DNA from: a virus | Lineage: Duplodnaviria > Caudoviricetes | DNA length: 63,847 nucleotides | IMG/VR virus record: IMGVR_UViG_3300005832_000038 | Coordinates: 1-63,847 of that record | Strand: one strand, 5' to 3' | Translations under genes and position numbers: made by a program | Notes under the pieces: generated by a model | The model's database searches: none | What the model was told of the DNA's origin: nothing | The model's input: only the letters and a program-made list of their open reading frames with translations | In this document: positions 1 through 7,866 of the stretch, piece after piece | Layout of the letters: every line of letters begins with the position of its first letter | Numbering within the stretch: position 1 is the first letter of the stretch

Positions 1-20
1 ATAAGCTGGATACGGACACG

Positions 21-335
21 ATGTCCAGCGCAGTCAATGACTTGGTAAGGAACAATTTTTTACCCGAGAAAGTGGAACAAAACATGGAGGTTATCCGGGC
101 AGCGGCGACAGCCGAAACTGACATCGCAAAAGTCTTTGCTTCATTACGAAAGACTAATAAGATGACTAAAGCAGAAATCAAAGAAGTGACGGAACTCTAT
201 AACAGCCCGGAAGTCGAGTTATTGCCTCCAGGGAATAATTTGTGGCGGGCGAGCAATGCTATTAGCTTGTTTGCGCAGAAACAAGATGATAAGCGAGAAT
301 ACGAGCTACAAACAATAGCAGGGGATTTGCTCTAA
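21..335 (+). CDS. C-terminal part of a DUF932-like phage protein (probably 5' truncated by the window)
   Basis: NLWRASNAIS followed by a C-terminal helix resembles the DUF932 C-terminus. Confidence 0.35.
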   Translation: MSSAVNDLVRNNFLPEKVEQNMEVIRAAATAETDIAKVFASLRKTNKMTKAEIKEVTELYNSPEVELLPPGNNLWRASNAISLFAQKQDDKREYELQTIAGDLL

Positions 336-350
336 TTCGTAATTTCGTTT

Positions 351-381
351 CAACGTACGCTCGGGGAAAGGGCGTACGTTG
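351..381 (+). promoter_or_regulatory. Intergenic hairpin (possible processing or regulatory site)
   Basis: CAACGTACGC-N11-GCGTACGTTG perfect 10-bp stem, imperfectly extendable; no U-tract. Confidence 0.45.
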
Positions 382-410
382 GCGCGAGAATATGAAAGAA
401 GGGAAAAACG

Positions 411-629
411 ATGGACAAAGAAGCTTTTAAACTACTACAACAACTAGCAGGCCTCACGAACGGGGAAACAGCCGATACGCTGGGCGTGTCGGAGGTAACT
501 ATTGAAAAATGGAGATCGGGGGAAAGAACCGTGTCGCCGATGACGGTTCAACAGTTCCTCGATGTTGTAAGGGAAGACATTACGGAGAAAGTGGGGCAAT
601 TTCATGCTATTAATCGAAAGTACAGATAG
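411..629 (+). CDS. Small helix-turn-helix (XRE/Cro-like) DNA-binding protein
   Basis: GLTNGETADTLGVSEVTIEKWRSGER HTH pattern; purine-rich RBS. Confidence 0.8.
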   Translation: MDKEAFKLLQQLAGLTNGETADTLGVSEVTIEKWRSGERTVSPMTVQQFLDVVREDITEKVGQFHAINRKYR

Positions 630-945
630 GCTGTACTGGGATGGCGAAAGTTTTGGCCCGGTACAGAAGGCCGTTTCATTTCGAACGGTCGAAGATTTGC
701 CGTTAATGATCAAAAACAATCACGACGCAGTGTTGTGCGTCCAGGTAATAAATGAATACCTACCAATCGTTTGCTATCACAATTTTGGGGATGGCATAGG
801 CGCGTTGGCTGTGCCGGACAATAATGTAACCCTGGTTACTGCTAGCGCGGTTATGTGTCCAAACTGCGACGGTGATATGTTGTTGTATCAAATCGGGGAT
901 AGGGCCATGCGGTTCTGTTTGTGCGAATACTGCGAGGAGGTTTAG
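604..945 (+). CDS. Hypothetical protein with C-terminal Cys cluster
   Basis: CPNC...CLCEYC; tightly packed with neighbours. Confidence 0.55.
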   Translation: MLLIESTDRLYWDGESFGPVQKAVSFRTVEDLPLMIKNNHDAVLCVQVINEYLPIVCYHNFGDGIGALAVPDNNVTLVTASAVMCPNCDGDMLLYQIGDRAMRFCLCEYCEEV

Positions 946-946
946 T

Positions 947-1570
947 GTGCGAAAAAGAATAGTGAGTGGGATGCAAAGTTTATATGCTCATATGGACAGG
1001 ACATTAACGCTTATTAGATCGTTTATGAGTGCTCCATGTAAGGCCGGATGCGATCATTGTTGTTACCAATACGTCTCGGTTTCCGCCCTCGAGGTTTTTG
1101 GGCTCGTGGACGTTATCAGAAAAGACGCCGCGTTAAAAAGGTATTTTGAATCTAAAATTGTTGTGCTCCAAGAACAGGTAGAGATACTGCGAGAGCCTGA
1201 TATGACCAATTACAAGTGGTTCGATAGGCGGGTTCCATGTGTATTTTTGGAGGATCATAAATGCATGGTATATGCCGATAGGCCCTTGGTGTGTCGGACG
1301 CATTTGGTTATAGAAGATTCGGCCGATGGTTGTAGGCATCAAAAGGATTTACCGAAAATAAAGATATTGGATAAATCCCTTTTCGTAAAAGCTATGGTGG
1401 ACAAATCCATGCGGCTAGGGGAAGAAGCCGGTATATCGTGGGGTTGGCGTCCTTTGCAATTAGCGCTACTAGACGCATGGGATATTTTAGAAAATGGAAA
1501 AGAGCCTGTGAAGCTTTCTAGGGATGAAGAGATCAAGGCAATGCTGGTTTGGTCGCAAATAGAGCAATGA
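947..1570 (+). CDS. YkgJ-family (CxxCxxCC) Zn/Fe-chelating cysteine-cluster protein
   Basis: CKAGCDHCC...PCVFLEDHKCMVYADRPLVCR; GAGGAGG 6 nt before GTG 947. Confidence 0.8.
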   Translation: MRKRIVSGMQSLYAHMDRTLTLIRSFMSAPCKAGCDHCCYQYVSVSALEVFGLVDVIRKDAALKRYFESKIVVLQEQVEILREPDMTNYKWFDRRVPCVFLEDHKCMVYADRPLVCRTHLVIEDSADGCRHQKDLPKIKILDKSLFVKAMVDKSMRLGEEAGISWGWRPLQLALLDAWDILENGKEPVKLSRDEEIKAMLVWSQIEQ

Positions 1571-1585
1571 AGAGAGGGAAACAAA

Positions 1586-1816
1586 ATGAAAAAGATCACG
1601 GTACAAAGTAACTTCCATAATACAGAGGCGACGTTTTACGTGCCGGAATCGATTACCTACACGGGTGATGCGTTTCACTGGTTGTGGGATGAGGGCGAGA
1701 AGGAGCGTGACAAGAGCGGTCGTTACGGGCCAGCCCGTAAACGCTACTTGGAAACGCGCCGCAAGCTGTGCACAGATAGCGCTTGTACTTGCGGCGTGAA
1801 ATCGGAAAAGTGTTGA
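1586..1816 (+). CDS. Hypothetical protein
   Basis: RBS; LCxxxxCxCG C-terminus typical of small phage proteins. Confidence 0.6.
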   Translation: MKKITVQSNFHNTEATFYVPESITYTGDAFHWLWDEGEKERDKSGRYGPARKRYLETRRKLCTDSACTCGVKSEKC

Positions 1817-1851
1817 ATAAGGGTAATGGGGGAGAAAGCGGCGGGAGTAAT

Positions 1852-2028
1852 ATGAAAGTAATTTTGATTTTTGCTTTGTTGGCCCTCGGTTGCGCGGGGA
1901 AAGCTCGGGAATGCACTACGGAGGCGGAAGAATTACAGGAAACTATTGACGCTCTAGTGGAATGCGAGGAAGAGTTAGATCGAATGACAGAAAATTGTTT
2001 TCAGGGGAAGGTGAAAGGTGGGCGATGA
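1852..2028 (+). CDS. Small putative lipoprotein
   Basis: MKVILIFALLALG-C lipobox-like signal peptide; GGGAG RBS. Confidence 0.5.
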   Translation: MKVILIFALLALGCAGKARECTTEAEELQETIDALVECEEELDRMTENCFQGKVKGGR

Positions 2029-2288
2029 ATCCCGAAGCAAATAAGTTTGAGAAACTATTCGACAAAGATGACCTAGAGCAATTAAAAAGACACAACACAG
2101 AACTTGAACAAGCGATTTTACAGCGTACGCTTGTTCGCCCAAACGGCGAACCGGTGCCCAGACATTGGATGATATTGACTGAGGGGGAACACGTTGCTGT
2201 CAAAGATTACACATTTAAAGTGGTGCATATTGGCGAGAGCTATCTAGTGCTCGAGCCGGTTGGTTTGGTAGAGATAGGGAAGAAATGA
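2025..2288 (+). CDS. Hypothetical protein
   Basis: ATGA overlap with upstream gene. Confidence 0.6.
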   Translation: MNPEANKFEKLFDKDDLEQLKRHNTELEQAILQRTLVRPNGEPVPRHWMILTEGEHVAVKDYTFKVVHIGESYLVLEPVGLVEIGKK

Positions 2289-2770
2289 TCAAATGCCCTA
2301 GATGCAAAGGACGTGGATTTTCCACGGCAAAGAATGTGTGCGGTGTTTTGTTGGATAAGAAAGACTGTCGGCATTGCGATGGTGCAGGAACAGTAGGATA
2401 TGGTCAAATTTGGCGGTGTTGGATTTGGGAATCGTGGGGAGGGCACCAAGCGGTGTTATCGAGAGGGCGTGGGTGTTGGGTAATGGTAACTCGTGGTTTG
2501 AACGGATCAGAAGAGATCGAAGACGCGGTAGTAGAACCTATGGCCCGCATGAAGGAGATGAAAATTGAAAAATTATCCAAAGTCAGGAGAACAGCCATGA
2601 AACGGGATGAAGTGATAGATCGTTGGGCGAAAATAATCTATGAGTGGGCGTATCAATGCGCGGTGGATTTGTTGCGAGCTAAGAAAGAGGACATGGTACC
2701 CTGGCGAGTTTTCCCAGCCAAAGACGCCTACTTAAAGGTAGCCGAGAAATTGTGGGAGGAAATCGGTTAA
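2285..2770 (+). CDS. Hypothetical protein with DnaJ-type zinc-finger repeats
   Basis: CPRCKGRG and CRHCDGAG motifs. Confidence 0.55.
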   Translation: MIKCPRCKGRGFSTAKNVCGVLLDKKDCRHCDGAGTVGYGQIWRCWIWESWGGHQAVLSRGRGCWVMVTRGLNGSEEIEDAVVEPMARMKEMKIEKLSKVRRTAMKRDEVIDRWAKIIYEWAYQCAVDLLRAKKEDMVPWRVFPAKDAYLKVAEKLWEEIG

Positions 2771-2832
2771 TTTTGGCTTGACGTTTCTCGAGGTGTCGTA
2801 TACGCCCTAAAGGCGTACAGAAAGGGGAAATC

Positions 2833-3114
2833 GTGTACCGAGTAAATATTATTTTTGGCCCCGAAACAATTGAGGTGGACACCCACGGGGTGGGTAATTC
2901 CGAAGCATTCTTGGATTTTATTGCCCTGCTAGGACCGATGATCCCACGATATATCGTGGATTTTTTCGAGGAACACGTAAAAGAAGAGCACTTGGACAAG
3001 TTTTTAACGAATTTCCTAATGACGTTTATTCGGGAATATTTGGACGTGACGGGCTTAGAGCTAAAGGATTTAGCTAAATGGGTGACTGGATCCCCGGAAG
3101 GGACGGTCCACTAA
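2833..3114 (+). CDS. Hypothetical protein
   Basis: RBS AAGGGG; coupled to next gene. Confidence 0.55.
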   Translation: MYRVNIIFGPETIEVDTHGVGNSEAFLDFIALLGPMIPRYIVDFFEEHVKEEHLDKFLTNFLMTFIREYLDVTGLELKDLAKWVTGSPEGTVH

Positions 3115-3326
3115 TGGCTTTTAAAATTGAAAATTGCCGTATTCTGCTACGACGAAAAAAGGGGCAAACTATCACTGCTTTGCTAGTGTCTGCTCCATTT
3201 TTTGGTGGTGAGGACGAGTGGATACCGTGGGCCTGTGTTCATGATAATTCGGAAATATATCGAGAAGGCGAGGTGGGTACGTTGTTGGTAACGGATAGTT
3301 GGGCGGAGAAAAAAGGCTGGGAGTAA
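3114..3326 (+). CDS. Hypothetical phage protein
   Basis: TAATG overlap; WIPxxxV..GTLLVTxxWAxKKG resembles a common small phage family. Confidence 0.6.
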   Translation: MAFKIENCRILLRRKKGQTITALLVSAPFFGGEDEWIPWACVHDNSEIYREGEVGTLLVTDSWAEKKGWE

Positions 3327-3625
3327 TGGGGAAAACGGTTAATATGCTGCGCGAGGCCTTGGCAATGCGCGCAAACGCGGAGCAGTTGCCTATTTTGATT
3401 TGCGGTGCCAATTATCGGCATTGCAATATTTTGGCCCAAGAGTTTGTGCGGTTAGCCGGGGAAGTTGCGATAATCACTTTTCCCAGGCAATGCATGGTAT
3501 TGCTTGATGGTACGGATCAATATGAGTTTCGGAGTTTTTCAGCCAATGCTGAACTATTGCAGGGGAAAGAGTATTCCCATGTTTTTATTGATCACTACGC
3601 GTTAGAACAAACATATTCGAGGTAA
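3326..3625 (+). CDS. Hypothetical protein (degenerate P-loop-like)
   Basis: TAATG overlap; MGKT...VFIDH. Confidence 0.5.
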   Translation: MGKTVNMLREALAMRANAEQLPILICGANYRHCNILAQEFVRLAGEVAIITFPRQCMVLLDGTDQYEFRSFSANAELLQGKEYSHVFIDHYALEQTYSR

Positions 3626-3629
3626 CTCA

Positions 3630-3962
3630 ATGCCGAAAACGTTGTACAATATTAGTCTTTCGGAAGCCAAGGCCAACATACCCGATTTGGTGACGTTCGG
3701 GGACGGGAATATGTGGAAACTGTTGTGTAAGGTTTCCTCGAAAAAAGAGGGTTGGATGAAATCCACTAAGGCCCTCCAGATAGACGGTGTTGGGTGTTTG
3801 GTCCAGGTGACTACCCAGCAGGGGGACAACGTGGCGGAGGCTGTGACGTTCATCCCAGGCGTGCGCGTGGTAGGGAAAGGCCCTCATAGGATACTACAAG
3901 CTACGGGTTCTTACGGTACGCGTTCGACGAGGGGGATTCCCCCTATTTACGGTGACGATTGA
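3630..3962 (+). CDS. Conserved phage hypothetical protein
   Basis: GWMKSTKA..GVGCLVQVTTQQ..VAEAVTFIPGV signature. Confidence 0.65.
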   Translation: MPKTLYNISLSEAKANIPDLVTFGDGNMWKLLCKVSSKKEGWMKSTKALQIDGVGCLVQVTTQQGDNVAEAVTFIPGVRVVGKGPHRILQATGSYGTRSTRGIPPIYGDD

Positions 3963-3969
3963 GGGTTTT

Positions 3970-4106
3970 CCTCGGATGGCGGAATGGTAGACGCGAGGAA
4001 CTATGTTCCTTTTGCCAGGAAACGGAGCGTTCAAGTTTGGGTTGACGGTTTCCCCTTCTCTAAACGAAAGACGCGGCAAGTGTTAGTTCGAATCTAACTC
4101 CGGGGA
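3970..4106 (+). ncRNA. Class-II (Leu-like) tRNA-like RNA with 5-nt anticodon loop and ~70-nt branched variable arm
   Basis: Acceptor CCTCGGA/TCCGGGG plus discriminator A; U8; D-arm GCG-GAATGGTAGA-CGC; T-arm GTTAG-TTCGAAT-CTAAC; AGGAA-CTATG-TTCCT; intergenic. Confidence 0.75.
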
Positions 4107-4132
4107 CACGAGAATGTAATGGAGGGGTATGA

Positions 4133-4357
4133 ATGAGGGTATTTGTCCACGAAACCAAGCAGACACTTCATCTCACTAAAAAAGAAGTCATCGAGTTATT
4201 GCGTCAATATTCGGAAAGACATATCAAATTTTTAAAGAAAATCGTGGGATATTCGAACCATTTTGTGGTGACGGATGACAACGGAAAAGAGATTAAAGCC
4301 AATCCTGAAATAACGATTGATTGGAAAATAGATGGCTATTCGAAAAAAGACGATTGA
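4133..4357 (+). CDS. Hypothetical protein
   Basis: GGAGG RBS. Confidence 0.55.
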   Translation: MRVFVHETKQTLHLTKKEVIELLRQYSERHIKFLKKIVGYSNHFVVTDDNGKEIKANPEITIDWKIDGYSKKDD

Positions 4358-4706
4358 AGAGATCAAGAAATTGGCGTTCGCAACGGCCAAGGGCGAAGTG
4401 TTCACAAGTGAGATGATTTCTAAGGATGAGGTTGTAACGGTTCTACAAAAAATATTTGTACCGTTGTGGGTGTTGAGCGCGGGGCAGATAGCCGAGATAA
4501 AAGAGTACCAGCCGGTAATGTTCTATGAGTATTTATCGGAAGCGGCCCCACAACAAAGTGTAAATGGTTATCCGATATTTTATTCGATGCGCATGTTGAA
4601 TGCTTCGGAGTTTACCCAGTTTCGACGTTGGGTCAAAGCGTATGAACGGGCAGTGAAAGTAATGCACCAAGTCCTAGATGGCTTGGAAATGGATGAAGGA
4701 GAATGA
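4332..4706 (+). CDS. Conserved phage hypothetical protein
   Basis: YEYLSEAAP..SVNGYPIFYS motif. Confidence 0.6.
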   Translation: MAIRKKTIEEIKKLAFATAKGEVFTSEMISKDEVVTVLQKIFVPLWVLSAGQIAEIKEYQPVMFYEYLSEAAPQQSVNGYPIFYSMRMLNASEFTQFRRWVKAYERAVKVMHQVLDGLEMDEGE

Positions 4707-4709
4707 ATA

Positions 4710-7173
4710 ATGGCTAACGGTATGAGAATTTCAGTGAAGCAAATCAAACAGAGTTTAGAAACACAGGTAGCCTTGGATAAGGTAAATCTCGAGCAATATC
4801 AGCACGCATCGCCTAGTTTGGATAGTATGCGAGAGATGGAGCATTCCCGTGCTCGCTTGAAGTTATGCCGGGAATACTTGATGCATTTTTGGGGGGATGA
4901 GCCCGAAGTGGCACAGGCTACCGGTGAGGATGTGGGGGCGAAGAAAAAATATGAGGTAACGAGGTGCAAATCGAAAAAAGGGAAGTTGCTTTCAAAAACA
5001 AAGAGGGCGAATACATCACGATAAATAAAGAATCTTTACAAGTTGCTGTAAAATACTTTGCAAAGGATTTGGAAACGGGCGAAGTAGTGGAAGTTGACGA
5101 AACAACGTGGATACGTGGCAAGAATACGAGGTGGTGCCCAAGGGGGCACCTACCAAAGGATAAACGTTACGAATCATTCGGTTCCAGGGTGCAGTAAGGG
5201 TTAATGTTGGTTTTAGCGTTTAAGTATTTCCCGAGCGATTGGTAGCTGGGCATGGAGGATAGGAAAATGTACTGCGAGATTTGCGGCCAAAGGATAGAAA
5301 AGGGAGAAGCCTTTTCTATTTTATGCTCGGAATGCGAGAGCAAGTTAGAATTGTTTAAGGCGTATGAATTAGAAATCACGTTTTGTCGATATTGCATTTA
5401 CGGAACACTTTCGGATTATTCAGAAAAAGTAGAATGCCATCGGCACGCGCCGAGTGTAAATTCAAACATATTAAAAGGGAATAAATGGCCTGTGCTCGAA
5501 AAATCGGATTGGTGCGGGGAGGGCAAAAAGCGATGATAAAACTGATTAAGGAGAAGAACTAAAAATGCAATACTATTTCAGAAGTGATCAAACCGGGCCA
5601 GGATTATTCGAATTCGAATCGGGTGAAACAGATCATCATGCCCTCGCAGAAGAGATCGGTTTAGTAATTCATTCCGATTATACCGGTTTAGACGATGGGA
5701 TGACTTTTGAATTGGAGGTAGAAGATCAAGATCATAAACCTCTTTTCAAGGCCGAAGTTTATGTCGAATTTTCTGAACCTAATTTTTCCGCCGTAATCAA
5801 AGAATAAGGTGGGCCATGGGCCAATTAACGGAAGATTTGAGCAAAATTATTGAGTTATTCGTTGATCCTCACGTATACGCTACCGCGTTCGTGGAAATGG
5901 TTATGGAATTAGAGCAGTTGCGGGAACGGCGCAAAGCTGGTTTACTTTTGATTGAGCAGTATCGAGCGGAAAATGCAGCGTTGAGGAAAGAGTTAGACGA
6001 GGCAAGAAATGGTCAAGGAAAGTCATAGGGCGACGTGGGCAATCCATTTGTTCACCCAGTGCCCGAATTGTGATGAGGACGTGGATTTACTGGATTTCGC
6101 GGATTTTTGGACGGATAATCCCAATTTAGGTATGGGGGAGCATGGCACGCCTACGTCTACCGACATAACGGCCGTGTGCCCGGAGTGTGAGGTGGAGTTT
6201 CTAGTCACCTTGGAGTATTGACGGCGAGGAAGGATGCGTATTCTAGGCATATTGATCCTGTTCATTTTGGTAGTACTGGCCTGCGTTTATTTGTCGGAAG
6301 TAAGTAAGCCTAAGCCCGTGAAGTGCTCGCCTTGCGCGGAATGTCGCTGCAAAGATTGCTCTAAAGAAGTCGAAGCTTACAAGGAATTAGCCGAGAGTTG
6401 TATTAACGATAAGCAGAAAGTGAAAAGCCGATGATAGAGATGATTCAGATGGACGAGGAGGATTTCCGGGAGGCGGCGGAAGATTTTATGGGGTGGTGCA
6501 CGTTGTGTAACGCGTTTACGCGGCCGCATACCGAACCCGACGCAGAGGATTACGATTGCCCCTGTTGCGGGCATGATACCGTAATGGGCGCTGAAAACGC
6601 TTTATTCGAGGGGTTGATTTGCTTTTAAGGTGAACGCGATGGGCATGTATAGAAAAAAACCAGTCGTAATCGAGGCGGAGCTATGGTTAACTTTTGACGA
6701 TTCCAATAGTATTCTGAAAGAGGTGAAGCAAGTTAGAGATAGGGCAGCACATGAGGGAAGGTGTAACCAGTGCGGGAAACGTCATTCCGAGCACGGTTGG
6801 CTAGACATGACGGGTGAAAGAAGCAAGATAGCGGGGTACATCATTTGCCCAGGCGATTGGATAGTGCGCGGCGAAAAAGGGAATCTTTATCCAGTCAAGG
6901 CGACCGTGTTTGATGTTTTGTATGAAGAGGTTGGGTATGAGTAACGAACCCGCGTTCAGACATAAGTGCGTGTCTGACAGAATTGAAATTGAATTTAGAT
7001 GGGATATTGCGGACGAAAAAGTTACTAAAACTTTTATGCTGAAAGACGACGTTGTGTTGTACGGGGGAGGCCCCGAAGAGGTTTGCGCTATAGCGACCCG
7101 GTATGATTTGTCGTTTGTGGTTTATCCAGTCGAAGATTATGAGACATTAAAAGCGCGTTTAATGAATGAGTAG
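4710..7173 (+). other. Cluster of ~10 small co-oriented hypothetical genes (4710-5024, 4964-5197, 5252-5536, 5565-5807, 5816-6028, 6009-6221, 6234-6434, 6431-6628, 6630-6944, 6937-7173)
   Basis: Tight packing with RBS/overlaps; several CxxC proteins; 6630-6944 has YRKKPVVIEA..CPGDWIV..YPVK (PGDYG-like phage family). Confidence 0.6.
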
Positions 7174-7199
7174 GGTATAGCAATACGCAAAGGCAATTC

Positions 7200-7460
7200 A
7201 TGGTAGAAGTGCTTGAAAGTTTTAATACGGTTGAGTTTGCTTTTGTCGTGGGGTTGATAGCGGCGGTAATTGCTATCGCAATATTAAGTGTAGCAGTGAT
7301 AAGAAGAACGAAAGAATGCGATCAGGCGCAACAGGAAATAATAGAATTGCACGGGGAAATGGTAGCACTACGGGCAGAAGTATTTGCCTTGGAAACACTA
7401 ACGAGCACGCTTAAACGTGTGGTAAGGAGATTGGAGAATGCTAAAACACATCCGGGATGA
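7200..7460 (+). CDS. Membrane-anchored coiled-coil protein
   Basis: N-terminal hydrophobic helix followed by a heptad-rich segment. Confidence 0.55.
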   Translation: MVEVLESFNTVEFAFVVGLIAAVIAIAILSVAVIRRTKECDQAQQEIIELHGEMVALRAEVFALETLTSTLKRVVRRLENAKTHPG

Positions 7461-7866
7461 GTTACTTGGTATCGGGGCAGACTTTCACTTTCAGAAATAC
7501 GTAAGAATTTACGGAAATACTTTAGAGGTGAAACATCATTTAACCGCGACGTTTAGCGAAGATCCGAAAGAAGCAGAGTTTGAAGAGGTATTGAAGGCGT
7601 TGGAAGGGGGATTAATTGTGGAATCCCGTAGTGAGATATTAGATACGGCGTTAGAGATTCTCGTTGGGGGCATGGATCCACGGGTTAGGTTTACGCGGTA
7701 TGATGGAAACAGGCCGTTTATCTATTACGATAAATTGGATAATGAGCTAGTGATTAAGGCCTTGGATTACGAATCCGCGAACCGATATTTAAAGATGATA
7801 TTGCGAGAAGTGACAACGATTTCCGAAGAAGGTAATACCGTGGGTACGGAAATATTTACAGAATGA
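7438..7866 (+). CDS. Hypothetical protein upstream of terminase
   Basis: ATGA overlap with terL. Confidence 0.55.
   Translation: MLKHIRDELLGIGADFHFQKYVRIYGNTLEVKHHLTATFSEDPKEAEFEEVLKALEGGLIVESRSEILDTALEILVGGMDPRVRFTRYDGNRPFIYYDKLDNELVIKALDYESANRYLKMILREVTTISEEGNTVGTEIFTE

Noticed and set aside
872-946. N-terminal extension of the YkgJ-like ORF given in the track
   Set aside because: It overlaps the upstream gene, and a strong GAGGAGG precedes GTG 947.
3970-4106. Calling the element a canonical tRNA-Ile(TAT) or tRNA-Leu
   Set aside because: A 7-nt loop needs a shifted stem that loses U33 and position 26, and the variable arm is far too long.
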